From an uncultured cyanobacterium (lineage in GTDB: Bacteria; Cyanobacteriota; Cyanobacteriia; Phormidesmidales; Phormidesmidaceae), in NCBI GenBank assembly GCA_963793265.1, contig CAWBZI010000001.1:1216001-1280000 (forward strand): a DNA stretch of 64,000 nucleotides, in the 5' to 3' direction. Position numbers and translations under genes: made by a program. Under the pieces are notes generated by a model. It was not told where the DNA came from. It made no database searches and saw nothing but the letters and a program-made list of their open reading frames with translations. The first letter of the stretch is position 1; each line of letters starts with the position of its first letter. Of this stretch, positions 52,882 to 63,557 are shown one piece after another.

Positions 52882-55800
52882 TCAATCAGTGCCTGTTGAG
52901 ACTAGCTCTTTTTGAACTTGTGACTTAATCGGTAGCTCAATAACGAACGTAGCGCCCTCGCCTACTACAGACTCACAGAACAGCCTGCCACCGTGCTTCT
53001 CAATAATTTGGTAGCTGATAGAAAGACCTAATCCCGTCCCTTTGCCAATGGGCTTCGTCGTAAAAAACGGGTCGAATAGCTTTTCTAATACGGGTTGAGG
53101 AATGCCGTTGCCATCGTCTTGAATAGATACGCTGACCCAATCATCGTTCATTCTTTGAGTTTTAATCTGAAGCGTTCTTACTGCGTCATCATCATTAGGT
53201 GCCGCAGACTGTAGCTCATCAATCGCATTGGTCAGCAAATTCATAAAGACCTGATTAATCTGACTAGCGTGACACTCCACTAACGGAAGCTCACCATACT
53301 TTTTGATAATCTCGATAGAAACTTTGTTTGATCCCGTTCTTAATCGATGCTGTAATATCAACAAAGTCCCTTCAATCCCCTCGTGCAGATCAACGGCTTT
53401 CACCTCAGATTCATCTAGCCGAGAGAAATTTCGGAGAGAGGAGATAATTGAGCGAATTCGTTGAGTCCCTGTAGACAAAGAGGTACAGAGCTTGGGCAAA
53501 TCTTCAGCGAGATAGTCAATTTCGGCCTCTTCTAGAAGCGTTTGAATATCATCGGGCGGCGATGGAAAGTGCTGCTGATACCCCTCTATTAGCTTTAAAA
53601 GGCTATTCGAGTACTCTTTGAGATGGCCAACGTTAGCGTGGATGAAGTTGATGGGGTTGTTAATTTCATGAGCAATCCCGGCGACTAGCTGACCTAAGCT
53701 AGACATTTTTTCTGTTTGTATGAGCTGAGTTTGAGTGGTTTTAAGATCGATTAGTGCCGTAGAAAGCTGGCTGTTCTTTTGTTTATCGCTAGCTGCTAAA
53801 GAGGCATGTTGCATCGCTACGCCTAGCTGTGCCGCAATCTGTTGAACGAAATCCACCTCCGAACTATCCCATTTACGAGGCTGCTTGTGCTGATATATGC
53901 CTAGCAGGCCCCACAGGTTTTGCTCTACGAAAATAGGAACCAGCACAAATGCCTTAACCTTAAACTGCTCATATATCTCTAAATGGCATTGAGAAAACTC
54001 GCACTCATAGACATCATTGACAACAGATATTTCACCATCACGGTATCGACCGCCCTGATTCTCTTGTAGGTAGGTATCGTCCCAAACGGTATTGATGCCG
54101 AATTTACCTACGTCAATACCTTCTACGGCAACGCTTTCAAACTCTGCTACAAACTCTCCACCCCAGTCTTCATTAAACCTGTAAACAGAGGCCCTATCTG
54201 CTCTTAAAACCTGAGTGAGTTCCTGAGTGGTCGTTTTGAAAATTTGGTTGATGTCTAAAGATTCGCGAATTTTAGCAACAATACTAGAGAGTGTTCTTTG
54301 CTGGTCAACAACTCTACACAGCTCTGTATTAGACGTTTTAAGCTCTCTTGCCTGCTTTTGAGTGTATGTCAGCAGCGTCGAGTGCTGTAGAGCAACTCCA
54401 AGCTGAGCGGCGATTTGACTCACAAAATCTACGTCGGCTAGTTTCCACTGCCTAACGGCTTGCTGTTGAAATACGGCTAATATTCCCCACAGCGCTTGGC
54501 CCACAAATATCGGAACGTTGATGAATGACTTAATTTTATATTGATTGTAGATATCAACATGACACTGGGCAAACCCCTGCTGCGTGACGTCATTGACAAC
54601 GAAACTTTCTCCATTGCGATAGCGACCGCCTTTGGTATCTTGCAGATAGGTATCGTTCCAAACGGTATTTTCGCCGAACTTACCAACCTCTGCCCATCTT
54701 GGACTTACGGCCTCAAAGCTTGAAACAAACTCACCGCCCCAGTCTTCGTTAAATTGATACACCGAGACTTTATCTGAGTCTAAGAGCTGGCCAAGCTCTT
54801 GGGTGGTAATGCGAAAGATCTCTTCGATATTAAGAGACTCGCGAATCTTCGCGACGATGCCAGAAAGGGCCTGCTGCTTTGAGACAGCGCTTTCTAGCTC
54901 TGCATTGGAAAGCTGTAGCTGCTGGGTCTTTTGCTGGAGCTGTTCAGTTCGTTCTGTTACCTGCTGTTCTAAATTAGCGTTGAGAGACTGTACTTGCTGG
55001 CGAAGCCTATACTGCTTGATCGCAGTTGAGAATCTCTCGCTCAGTGCCTTTGCATAGCTAAGGTCTTCTTCTGTCCAGGCTTGCGCGGTACCTGTTTTTT
55101 CTTCGCGCCATACTTCAAATGACTGTCTGGCCATGAGCTGGCGGCTGTCAGGATTGTGCCAACCGGCCCACATCATTTCGGTATTTATCTCCTCTCGAAA
55201 TACCGATAGGCAACCGACGATTTGACTGTCGTAGTAGAGCGGTACAATCAGCAGGCCGCGTGCGGATGTGGGCTCAAAGAAAGGGGCGATTGTTCTGAGC
55301 AAGGGTTCGCGGTAGATGTCGTTGATAGCCCATAGGTCGAAGTGTTCCTTCGTGCGGCTGCTTGAGCGTTTGTCTGGGAGCTTATAAACTGAGCGCATCC
55401 ACTCTACTGACCAGGGCTTGTAGCCGGTACTATCGGTGCTGGGTTCTACGACAGAGTGAACAAAGTTTTTCCACAGGTAGTTTTCTTCAACGGTTCGCTG
55501 CTGCTGGTTGATGGCGTTTGGCTGAGCGCCGTGGGTGTAGATTTCTTTGGGCAGTTCGCCCTCTCCTGTGAGATACAGCCGACCGCCGCTGCCGCTGAGC
55601 GTTTCGATCACTTCTTCGAGTGCTGCTTGTAGCTGTACGGTCGGGCTTACGTAGAGCAGCTTGGTGACGCGGTTGATGTTGGCCTCTTGCTGCGCCTGGG
55701 CTCGAACCCGGTTAAGTAGTACTGACTGGGCGATCGCAATCCCGACTTGATCGACAACCGCTTGAATAAACTGCAGCTCTGCTTCGGTGACCTCACGAGA

Positions 55801-56349
55801 CTCGCTATGATGACAAGCCAGCAATCCCCATAGCTGAGCCGATGCCTCAGGGGTCTTTTTTCCGGTAGACGTTTCTTCTAATACGATGGGCACTACCACT
55901 GAAGACTGTACGCCCATGGCAGTGAGATATTCTTTGTGGCACGGATCTAACGGGCGGTAGCGAATGTCTTTGTTTTCTTCAGGGTTGCCGGTTTGAGGGT
56001 TGTCTAGCGGGCTGATGCCGATTTGGGCGCTGTGGGTGTCTACAACTGAGCGCTGTCGTGCTTTTAAGAAAAGTTCGCGAGCATAGGGCGGAATGTCATC
56101 GGCAGGGAAGTTGAGATCTAAAAGTGAAGGTAGGCGATCGCTATCAATCGATTCGGCAATCACCAGACCGCTGCTGTCGGGGTTAAACTGATACACCTTG
56201 ACGCGATCAATCTTTAGATACGCTCGCACCTCTACAACCATCGCATCCAAAATCTCCTGTAGCTCTAGAGACTGACGGATACGGTTAGCAATGCGGTGTA
56301 AAAGACCTTCTTGGTTAACGATTGTGACGGTCGGCTGAGGCGTATTCAT
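52882..56349 (-). CDS. Knotless phytochrome (GAF-PHY) + two cyanobacteriochrome GAFs + histidine kinase
   Basis: GAF1 FPADDIPPYAR and DPCH; PHY WAG..RQSF; two W.DTYLQ..GGRY..CH GAFs; AHEINNP kinase; ATG 56349. Confidence 0.92.
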   Translation of the reverse strand: MNTPQPTVTIVNQEGLLHRIANRIRQSLELQEILDAMVVEVRAYLKIDRVKVYQFNPDSSGLVIAESIDSDRLPSLLDLNFPADDIPPYARELFLKARQRSVVDTHSAQIGISPLDNPQTGNPEENKDIRYRPLDPCHKEYLTAMGVQSSVVVPIVLEETSTGKKTPEASAQLWGLLACHHSESREVTEAELQFIQAVVDQVGIAIAQSVLLNRVRAQAQQEANINRVTKLLYVSPTVQLQAALEEVIETLSGSGGRLYLTGEGELPKEIYTHGAQPNAINQQQRTVEENYLWKNFVHSVVEPSTDSTGYKPWSVEWMRSVYKLPDKRSSSRTKEHFDLWAINDIYREPLLRTIAPFFEPTSARGLLIVPLYYDSQIVGCLSVFREEINTEMMWAGWHNPDSRQLMARQSFEVWREEKTGTAQAWTEEDLSYAKALSERFSTAIKQYRLRQQVQSLNANLEQQVTERTEQLQQKTQQLQLSNAELESAVSKQQALSGIVAKIRESLNIEEIFRITTQELGQLLDSDKVSVYQFNEDWGGEFVSSFEAVSPRWAEVGKFGENTVWNDTYLQDTKGGRYRNGESFVVNDVTQQGFAQCHVDIYNQYKIKSFINVPIFVGQALWGILAVFQQQAVRQWKLADVDFVSQIAAQLGVALQHSTLLTYTQKQARELKTSNTELCRVVDQQRTLSSIVAKIRESLDINQIFKTTTQELTQVLRADRASVYRFNEDWGGEFVAEFESVAVEGIDVGKFGINTVWDDTYLQENQGGRYRDGEISVVNDVYECEFSQCHLEIYEQFKVKAFVLVPIFVEQNLWGLLGIYQHKQPRKWDSSEVDFVQQIAAQLGVAMQHASLAASDKQKNSQLSTALIDLKTTQTQLIQTEKMSSLGQLVAGIAHEINNPINFIHANVGHLKEYSNSLLKLIEGYQQHFPSPPDDIQTLLEEAEIDYLAEDLPKLCTSLSTGTQRIRSIISSLRNFSRLDESEVKAVDLHEGIEGTLLILQHRLRTGSNKVSIEIIKKYGELPLVECHASQINQVFMNLLTNAIDELQSAAPNDDDAVRTLQIKTQRMNDDWVSVSIQDDGNGIPQPVLEKLFDPFFTTKPIGKGTGLGLSISYQIIEKHGGRLFCESVVGEGATFVIELPIKSQVQKELVSTGTD

Positions 56350-56393
56350 GGAGGAACCTAAGAGCATTGAAGTTGCGCACAACTTTTAGCTCA

Positions 56394-56402
56394 AATATTC
56401 CC
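56394..56402 (-). promoter_or_regulatory. Putative SigJ-type box GGGAATATT
   Basis: One mismatch to GGGAATACT, 45 nt upstream of the photoreceptor ATG. Confidence 0.45.
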
Positions 56403-56428
56403 GTTTCAGATGCGCTAATCAATCGAAG

Positions 56429-58225
56429 TCAGTCAATCGGAGACGATTCTGGAGGTGCAGCAGGCTCCCCGTCTGGGGCCACCCCTTCTAGCACAACTAG
56501 CGTATCCAACATCTTCTTCACCAGCGGCGCAGCGACCGTGCCCCCATAGGCATTTTCGCCCTGGGGCTCATCAACAACCGCAAGTACAACGTAGCGAGGG
56601 TCGCTTACGGGCGCGATACTCACGAAGCTAGTAATGCGCTGATCCCCATAGGTGCCGTATTCAGTTGCTTTTTGTGCGGTGCCCGTTTTCCCAGCAATTT
56701 GATAGCCGTCGATTTTAGCGGCTGAGCCGGTGCCGTCGTCTACCACTTCTTTCATCATTGAGAGAACTTTTTGGGTGGTTTCGGGCGAAAAAATCTGTTG
56801 CGGCGATTCCTGCTTCGGTGTCCAAGTCAGGTTGCCATCAGCATTGCTAAGGCCGCGTACTACGTGGGGTGTGACTAGCTTGCCACCGTTGGCTAAAGCC
56901 GCGTGGAGCTGGACGAGCTGTAAGGGTGTGAGCGAAAAGCCCTGGCCGAAGGAGGTGGTGGCAGCTTCAACTTCGCTACCGACGAACTGATCGCGGTCTT
57001 TAATTTGGCCGTTGGTTTCGCCAGGCAAATCGATGTTAGTGCGATCGCCAATGCCGAGCTTTTGCAGCCAGCTGTAGTAGTCAGCGCGGGGTACGTTTTG
57101 CATAATGCGTACCATGCCAACGTTGCTTGAATAGCGCAATACGTCGGTGATAGAAATAGGGCCGCGCGGGCCGTTAGTGCGGTAGTCAACGTTTTGAATG
57201 GGCCACTGGCCAACCTGGATGCGGCCTTCGTCGTTGATGATGTCGCCTGCGTTAGCGTTGCCGTTTTCTAGGGCGATCGCAACGTTAATCGGCTTAAAGG
57301 TCGATCCTGGCTCATACAGATCGCTTACCGCCCAGTTTTTAAAAGATTCAATATCAGCGTCGTAGTACTCGTTTGGATTGTAGGTAGGCGCAACGGCCAG
57401 GGTTAAAATTTCGCCCGTGCGGCTGTCCATGACAATCAGCGCGCCTCGTTTGGCCTTGTATTCTGCGACGGTGGCGGCGAGGCTTTCTTGAGCAATGCGC
57501 TGCAACCGGCTGTCGATGGTGAGCTGTAGCTGCTGATCGTCGCGCGTAATTTGCTGTATGGGCGTGGGCTCACCTGCGTCGGGATCGTCGTAGCGGAGGT
57601 GCGATCGCATCTCCAATTCCACCCCAGATTTAGGCTCACCTTCTAGATCAACGTAACCTGTGACCTGAGAAAATAGTTCGCCTTGCGGGTACACCCGGCG
57701 CGGGGAAGCCAACAGGTCTAAACCGTCTAATCTAAGGGCTCGCAAGCGTTTGGCGGTTTCTTCTGAAATGTCATCGTTAAGCTGAATGCCGCTTTCTTGC
57801 GCAGCAAACTTTGCCGTTAGCTGACGCGGATCTTGATCGAGAACGGTGCTTAAAGACTGCGCAACTGCCAGATTCGACTCTTTGAACAGCATGGGATGTA
57901 CATACAGCGTATACACCACCCGATCCATGGCCACCACGTTGCCCTGGCGATCGACCATTTGCCGTCTCGCACTTCGAGGCGTGGCTCGAATGGCCTGCTG
58001 ATCTTGGGCCATCACTTTTAGCTCATCGCCAATCACGAGCTGTAAGTAGGCCAGGCGTGCGCCTAGCCCCAGCATTCCAACTAGCAGCACGAGCCACACG
58101 CTAATCAGCCGCAGGCGCGGAGACTTTAGCCGAAAGTCTTCGATTTGCTTGGGCGTTGAGCGGGGGATCTGTCGCTTAAGTTTAGAGGGTTTACGGCGAC
58201 GCTTGGGCCGAGTAGAAACAGCCAT
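56429..58225 (-). CDS. ftsI: Class B penicillin-binding protein (FtsI/PBP3-like)
   Basis: N-terminal TM; EPGSTFK, SSN and KTGT motifs. Confidence 0.88.
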   Translation of the reverse strand: MAVSTRPKRRRKPSKLKRQIPRSTPKQIEDFRLKSPRLRLISVWLVLLVGMLGLGARLAYLQLVIGDELKVMAQDQQAIRATPRSARRQMVDRQGNVVAMDRVVYTLYVHPMLFKESNLAVAQSLSTVLDQDPRQLTAKFAAQESGIQLNDDISEETAKRLRALRLDGLDLLASPRRVYPQGELFSQVTGYVDLEGEPKSGVELEMRSHLRYDDPDAGEPTPIQQITRDDQQLQLTIDSRLQRIAQESLAATVAEYKAKRGALIVMDSRTGEILTLAVAPTYNPNEYYDADIESFKNWAVSDLYEPGSTFKPINVAIALENGNANAGDIINDEGRIQVGQWPIQNVDYRTNGPRGPISITDVLRYSSNVGMVRIMQNVPRADYYSWLQKLGIGDRTNIDLPGETNGQIKDRDQFVGSEVEAATTSFGQGFSLTPLQLVQLHAALANGGKLVTPHVVRGLSNADGNLTWTPKQESPQQIFSPETTQKVLSMMKEVVDDGTGSAAKIDGYQIAGKTGTAQKATEYGTYGDQRITSFVSIAPVSDPRYVVLAVVDEPQGENAYGGTVAAPLVKKMLDTLVVLEGVAPDGEPAAPPESSPID

Positions 58226-58801
58226 CTAATACCCCATTGGCCCAGGCAGCTCAGGCTGAGACTCGGCTTCAACACCGGCTCCTTCTGGCCGAGATCTTAG
58301 CGGCGCTGGCTCTAGAAATAAAATATCGCCTGCCTCGTAGGGCTCTAGCCCCGAGTTCTCTTTAATGGCCTGCTCTGCCAGGCTTTGCTTAATCGATTCA
58401 TTGGCAGTCGTAAGCTGTTGAGACTCGCCCTGAAGCGAATCGAGCTGAACTAACGCATGGTTCGTAGACTTGTCTACATACACCGTTGAGCCATAAACGC
58501 CCAAGGCACCTGCCACTAATAGGCAGGCCACCACAGCCGAGCCCTGCTGCAAGCGATTGAGTAGCGTGAGCCCGAGCGGTAGCTTAGCTTTTTTAGAGAT
58601 AGATAGCGCGCTTTTGCTGACACGCACTGCCGGAGCGCCTAGCTGCAAAGGCTGGTTTGAAGCGTCTAACGGTACGACTTTGTGCGCGGCTGTGAGGATT
58701 CGAGCCGGGGGTAAGGTCGGTGGCTGAGGGACGCTGCTGTGGGAATTAGCGATCGCGCGAGCAGACTGCTCTAAAGGATCGATCTCGGTGGCAAAAACCA
58801 T
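58226..58801 (-). CDS. Single-TM coiled-coil protein, FtsL-like
   Basis: TM followed by a leucine heptad; abuts the ftsI start. Confidence 0.55.
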   Translation of the reverse strand: MVFATEIDPLEQSARAIANSHSSVPQPPTLPPARILTAAHKVVPLDASNQPLQLGAPAVRVSKSALSISKKAKLPLGLTLLNRLQQGSAVVACLLVAGALGVYGSTVYVDKSTNHALVQLDSLQGESQQLTTANESIKQSLAEQAIKENSGLEPYEAGDILFLEPAPLRSRPEGAGVEAESQPELPGPMGY

Positions 58802-59178
58802 GCGGTGGTATTGGGGTATGTATGGAAGAGGGTATATATACGTACGTTGCTACATCACTTGCGGCTACGGGGTTTTAGCACGATGCACACAAGGCCATAA
58901 CTAAATTACGCGCATACTACCTCGCTAGCGAAAGAAGAACAACCCTGAGGCTGTAATTTTCTTGAAGCCTCTATAAATTCCTCTGTAAGACTACTTGTCC
59001 GTAGAGTAGAACAATTACGGGGATCGCCGGGCCTTATACCCGACGTATTCGCACTAATAAAGGCGTCTGAGGGCAAAGTACCCGTTCAGACGCCTTTATT
59101 GGCTCAGAAAAATTACTCAAATTAGCTTCGCTTATGGCAAGGCTTGATGAAGCTGGCTTGATGATGGTTACAGGCTGC

Positions 59179-60957
59179 TTAAGTAGCTGGTCTGGGCTTG
59201 CCTTCACGCAGACCCACCATCTCAGCATTGCTCTTACCGGGTGGAATCATGGGATAGCAGTTCTCATCGCGGCGAACGCGCACGTCCATCAGCACGGGGC
59301 CTTCGTGGGCGAGCATGTCAGCGATCGCACCTGGCATTTCATCGGGATCGTTCACAACAATTCCCTTCACGCCAAACGCCTGAGCGAGCATGACAAAGTT
59401 GGGCATTCCAATCTCCATGTTGGAAGACGAATAGCGCTCCCCAAAGAAGGTTTGCTGCCACTGGCGCACCATGCCCTGCCAGCCATTGTTCAAAATCACG
59501 GTTTTCACAGCGATGCCGTACTGGGCCAAGGTCGCTAGCTCTTGCAGGCACATTTGAAAGCTGGCATCGCCACTGATGCATACCACCTGCTCGTCCGGCA
59601 ATGCGACTTTTGCGCCCATCGCTGCCGGGAGGCCAAAGCCCATCGTGCCAAGTCCAGCGCTCGAAATCCACTGACGCGGCCCGTTTTTAAGAAACTGTGC
59701 GGCCCACATTTGATGCTGGCCGACATCGGTAGTGTAGTAGGCTCTGGGGGCCTGGTTGGTGAGTTCAACGATGACGGACTGAGGAGAGATTTGGTCTTTG
59801 TAGACGGGGGCTACAAGGGGATAGTCTTCCTTCCATACGGCAATGCGATCTCGCCATGCCTGAGTAGATTGCGGATCGGGCGCGCCTTCCTTCTCTGTCT
59901 CTTTCTCTACCTGGGCCAAAAGCTGCTGTAGTACCGTCTTTACATCGCCTACGATAGGCACTTCAGGTACGCGCACCTTGCCGACTTCAGCCGGGTCAAT
60001 GTCAATGTGAATGACTTTGGCTCTAGCGGCGAATTTATCGAGCTTGCTGGTGACGCGATCGTCAAAGCGTGCGCCGATAGCTACGAGTAAATCACATTCA
60101 CTGACTGCGAAGTTAGCGTAGGCGGTGCCGTGCATTCCCAACATGCCAACGGCGAGAGGGTGGTGCTCGTCAAAAGCGCCTTTGCCCATGAGCGTTGTGG
60201 TGACAGGCGCGTGGAGTAGTTCGGCTAGGGCTTTGATTTCGGGGTGGGCACCAGAGGCGATCGCACCGCCACCGACATAGAGCAGCGGACACTTGGCGGC
60301 TTTGAGCAGGGCGATCGCATCCTCTATACTTTGCGTCGAGACGGCATCTACAGGCGCATAGCCCTTAATATTCACCTCGCCTGCTTCTACAGGCAGGTAG
60401 TCGATTTCTTCGAGGCCCACATCTTTAGGCACGTCGATAAGGACAGGGCCGGGTCTGCCGGTTTTAGCAATATAAAAGGCTTCAGCGACAATCTGCGCCA
60501 TCTGGTTTGGATCGCGCACAACATAGGAGTGCTTCACGATCGGCAGCGTGATGCCGTGAATATCTGTTTCCTGAAAGGCGTCTGTGCCAATAGCCGCGCG
60601 GGTGACCTGCCCGGTGACAATCACCATCGGGATTGAGTCCATTTGGGCGGTGGCAATGCCGGTCACTAAGTTGGTAGCACCTGGCCCTGATGTGGCAAAG
60701 CACACGCCGACTTCTCCGGTGGCGCGGGCGTAGCCATCGGCTGCGTGAGAGGCTCCTTGCTCGTGACGCACCAGAATATGGTTCACCAGCCCTTTTGCTT
60801 CAGCCTTATACAGTTCGTCGTAAATGGGCAGAATCGCCCCGCCAGGATAGCCAAAAATATGCTTAACACCCTGGCGCACCAGGCTATCAATTAACGCATA
60901 TGCGCCGCTGACTTGCTGTGTCTTCGTCGAGGTGTCCGGTGTAAAAGTAGCAACCAT
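59179..60957 (-). CDS. ilvB: Acetolactate synthase large subunit
   Basis: [41 protein letters not shown] 60957. Confidence 0.97.
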   Translation of the reverse strand: MVATFTPDTSTKTQQVSGAYALIDSLVRQGVKHIFGYPGGAILPIYDELYKAEAKGLVNHILVRHEQGASHAADGYARATGEVGVCFATSGPGATNLVTGIATAQMDSIPMVIVTGQVTRAAIGTDAFQETDIHGITLPIVKHSYVVRDPNQMAQIVAEAFYIAKTGRPGPVLIDVPKDVGLEEIDYLPVEAGEVNIKGYAPVDAVSTQSIEDAIALLKAAKCPLLYVGGGAIASGAHPEIKALAELLHAPVTTTLMGKGAFDEHHPLAVGMLGMHGTAYANFAVSECDLLVAIGARFDDRVTSKLDKFAARAKVIHIDIDPAEVGKVRVPEVPIVGDVKTVLQQLLAQVEKETEKEGAPDPQSTQAWRDRIAVWKEDYPLVAPVYKDQISPQSVIVELTNQAPRAYYTTDVGQHQMWAAQFLKNGPRQWISSAGLGTMGFGLPAAMGAKVALPDEQVVCISGDASFQMCLQELATLAQYGIAVKTVILNNGWQGMVRQWQQTFFGERYSSSNMEIGMPNFVMLAQAFGVKGIVVNDPDEMPGAIADMLAHEGPVLMDVRVRRDENCYPMIPPGKSNAEMVGLREGKPRPAT

Positions 60958-61062
60958 AGGAAATGCGGTGGGGAGAGTCGGGCCTATTAAAAAGGCCATT
61001 TAATACATAAAAAGGGAGCGCAATTGAGCGATTGATGCTGGTTTAATATTGCCAGTGTAAAT

Positions 61063-61078
61063 TGTAGCCAAACTTACA
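61063..61078. promoter_or_regulatory. Putative NtcA site upstream of ilvB
   Basis: TGTA-GCCAAACT-TACA matches TGTA-N8-TACA. Confidence 0.55.
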
Positions 61079-61130
61079 ACACTATTTTTACTGAAGCTAA
61101 TGTCACGATACAAGCACTTTTAAACGGCTT

Positions 61131-61721
61131 TTAGCTAGCCTGCTTCCATGCAAGCTGTAGCTGCTGCTGTAAAAAAACACGAGCGGTCATTGCCATACCA
61201 GTCGCTTTGCCGCTTTGCCACTCGCTGACCTGCCATCCGACTACCTGCTCACTCTGCCCCCACATCGCGAGATGATCTACCGGCGGATCGGCATAAAAGT
61301 TTACTTTGCCAGATCCTAGCGGCAGCGAACTCCAATGGGTAAATTCGTCGTGACTCAGCCGACATACGGGCAGACCAACGAGCGGCATTCCCCAGCCGTC
61401 TATGGCGAAGAACCGGGCTACTTTCCCCCCTTGTTGCTGCCATAGACCGAGCGCGCCTGCCATGCCAACAACGCCTGCGCTGAAGCCGACTGCAACGAGA
61501 GGCTGTGCGTTTGCAGGCTCTCCTATTGTTTGAGTGAGCCAGCGATGGACGGCGATGAGATCGGCTGGAAATCCGGTGAATGTGTGGGGCTGCGTGAAGG
61601 AGGGGAGCGATCGCACCCACTGCTCAGTTAGCCTAGCGTCGTGAAAGCCAGGGCAAATGAATACGGGTAGTTTGCGCCCAAGTTCATGCAAATCGGTGCT
61701 GTTGAGTTCGGTTCTACCCAT
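61131..61721 (-). CDS. Hypothetical alpha/beta-fold protein
   Basis: ICPGFH, GFSAGVVG, AIDGWG, HDEFTH, FYADPPVDHL. Confidence 0.7.
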   Translation of the reverse strand: MGRTELNSTDLHELGRKLPVFICPGFHDARLTEQWVRSLPSFTQPHTFTGFPADLIAVHRWLTQTIGEPANAQPLVAVGFSAGVVGMAGALGLWQQQGGKVARFFAIDGWGMPLVGLPVCRLSHDEFTHWSSLPLGSGKVNFYADPPVDHLAMWGQSEQVVGWQVSEWQSGKATGMAMTARVFLQQQLQLAWKQAS

Positions 61722-61813
61722 AGTCACAGGCAAAGGGTTGCCGGTAGTGTAAAGGAAGCATCGTTACTGACACTCTTAGCCTCGCAGTTGGCTGTAAAAC
61801 TCGCTGTAATTTT

Positions 61814-63397
61814 ATGGGCGTCTCGGATCAGCTTTTACCGACTATTAGCGCATTGGTGGCCCTGGGGGAATTTTCTCAGGGCGATCAGCTTGCCGATGCG
61901 ACTGATGTAAAAACAGTGAGCGATACGCTCTCGGACGAGGCAAAACAGCAGCGGGCTCAAAGAGAATGGCAGGGTGCGATCGCAGCGCTCGGTCAGCTCC
62001 TGACTCAGCAGGTGAGAACCTCAGTTGCTCAAAGAGCATCTAAATCCCAAAAGCATTTCAAGAGATCGGCGCGCAGTAAATTTCCAGAGGCGCTAGTTAT
62101 AGTTGGGCCTGTTCCTTTTTTGAACGAGCCCGCAGTGTCTGCAAAAATCTTTGATCAACTCTCTACCTGGACAATCGTACCGCAATCTTCAGAGCACCTG
62201 GGATCTGCATTTAGTGCGCTTTCTCCGGTGGGCCGATTGTTTCAAAAAAAGTTTAAGCAGCCTTCTTTTCATAATCGCCTACTGCCGCTTTTAGAAGACG
62301 ATCCGCTCGCTCAAGAGCAGTTTGCTTTGGTACTAACGCCTGAGTTCTCGCTGGTGCTGGTGCTGGGCAAAGATGCTGATGATGAGCTGCGCTTTCAGTT
62401 TTCGTTTATGCCGCAGGTGGTGATGTCGGTATGGCGGCTGTTGCGATCGCGCATTCGTCTCACGCGCCCGCAGCAGCTAGAGTTTATCGAGCCGCTGGTT
62501 GAAAAGTTTGCACCCAAAGATCCTCACTATCGAACGGTGAGTCAGTTCAACCGCTGGATGATTGCCTGTCTGCCGCAGTTAGAGGCGCAAGTCGGATCTC
62601 AGCTATCAGCTCAAGGGTCGGCTCAGGCTGTTGTGAGGGCTGAGGATAATCAATCGGCGGCTAAGGCAAATGACTTTTCTGATAGTGAATTGCTCAAAGC
62701 GATGGCGCATGAGATTCGGACGCCGCTGACCACGATTCGGACTTATACGCGATCGCTCCTCAACCGAAAAGACTTAGACGCTAAAGTGATCAAACGTCTA
62801 CAAAGTATTGATCGCGAATGTACGCAACAGATTGACCGCTTTAGCCTAATTTTTAGGGCGGTAGAGCTAGAGGCTGCCAGTCAATCGCCTAAGTCTCCTT
62901 TGAGTGCGATCGCCCTTCACCAAGTCTTCCAAGAAGCCATTCCCCAGTGGCAACAGGCCGCCCTGCGCCGAAATCTCTCTTTAGAAGTCGGCCTGCCCCC
63001 CGAGCTGCCCATGGTCGCCAGCGATCCCACCATGCTCCAACACGTGCTCACGGGATTAGTAGAACTCTTTACCCACAGCGTTTCGCCGGGTAGCCACATT
63101 CAGCTTCACGTCGTAAATGCAGGCGAACAGCTCAAGCTACAGTTCCAGTCGCAAATTGATTCTGATAATTCAAACGCAGCGCCGCCTTGCTCTCCGCCGC
63201 CTTTGCAATCGCTGGGTCATCTGTTGATGTTCCAACCGGACACGGGCGGACTCAGCCTGAACTTAGAGGCCACTAAGAACCTTTTTCACGCGCTAGGCGC
63301 AAAGCTCACCGTCCGCGAACGCTCCAATCAGGGCACCACTTGGACGGTCTTTTTGCCACTAGAAGCGAGCGGCCTTAAATCCTATCCGATTGTTTGA
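61814..63397 (+). CDS. Sensor histidine kinase, Hik2/chloroplast sensor kinase-like
   Basis: DPL..EQF.LVLT..FSLVLVL, AHEIRTPLTTIRT, IDRECTQQIDRF, LMFQPDTG.LSLNL. Confidence 0.8.
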   Translation: MGVSDQLLPTISALVALGEFSQGDQLADATDVKTVSDTLSDEAKQQRAQREWQGAIAALGQLLTQQVRTSVAQRASKSQKHFKRSARSKFPEALVIVGPVPFLNEPAVSAKIFDQLSTWTIVPQSSEHLGSAFSALSPVGRLFQKKFKQPSFHNRLLPLLEDDPLAQEQFALVLTPEFSLVLVLGKDADDELRFQFSFMPQVVMSVWRLLRSRIRLTRPQQLEFIEPLVEKFAPKDPHYRTVSQFNRWMIACLPQLEAQVGSQLSAQGSAQAVVRAEDNQSAAKANDFSDSELLKAMAHEIRTPLTTIRTYTRSLLNRKDLDAKVIKRLQSIDRECTQQIDRFSLIFRAVELEAASQSPKSPLSAIALHQVFQEAIPQWQQAALRRNLSLEVGLPPELPMVASDPTMLQHVLTGLVELFTHSVSPGSHIQLHVVNAGEQLKLQFQSQIDSDNSNAAPPCSPPPLQSLGHLLMFQPDTGGLSLNLEATKNLFHALGAKLTVRERSNQGTTWTVFLPLEASGLKSYPIV

Positions 63398-63436
63398 ATA
63401 AGAGGTTGGGTCGCTGGTATCGGATTTATTGCACTA

Positions 63437-63459
63437 GATGTAAAGCCTTACGTCCCTAC
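63437..63459 (-). repeat. GTAG-family REP-like element
   Basis: Minus strand GTAGGGACGTAAGGCTTTACATC. Confidence 0.55.
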
Positions 63460-63501
63460 CTGTGGTTACTGTGCGGTACCGTCTATAGTTTAAACCCAAA
63501 G

Positions 63502-63534
63502 ATGCCCTCATCTCGCTAAACAAGATGAGGGCAT
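63502..63534. terminator. Stem-loop between the convergent kinase gene and psbD
   Basis: ATGCCCTCATCT-9nt-AGATGAGGGCAT, perfect 12-bp stem. Confidence 0.7.
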
Positions 63535-63557
63535 TTAAGGAATTTTGAATGAATCCC

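Noticed and set aside
58832..58845. GTA-N8-TAC upstream of the ftsL-like gene
   Set aside because: It lies in a low-complexity TA repeat and lacks the flanking T/A, so it is likely chance.
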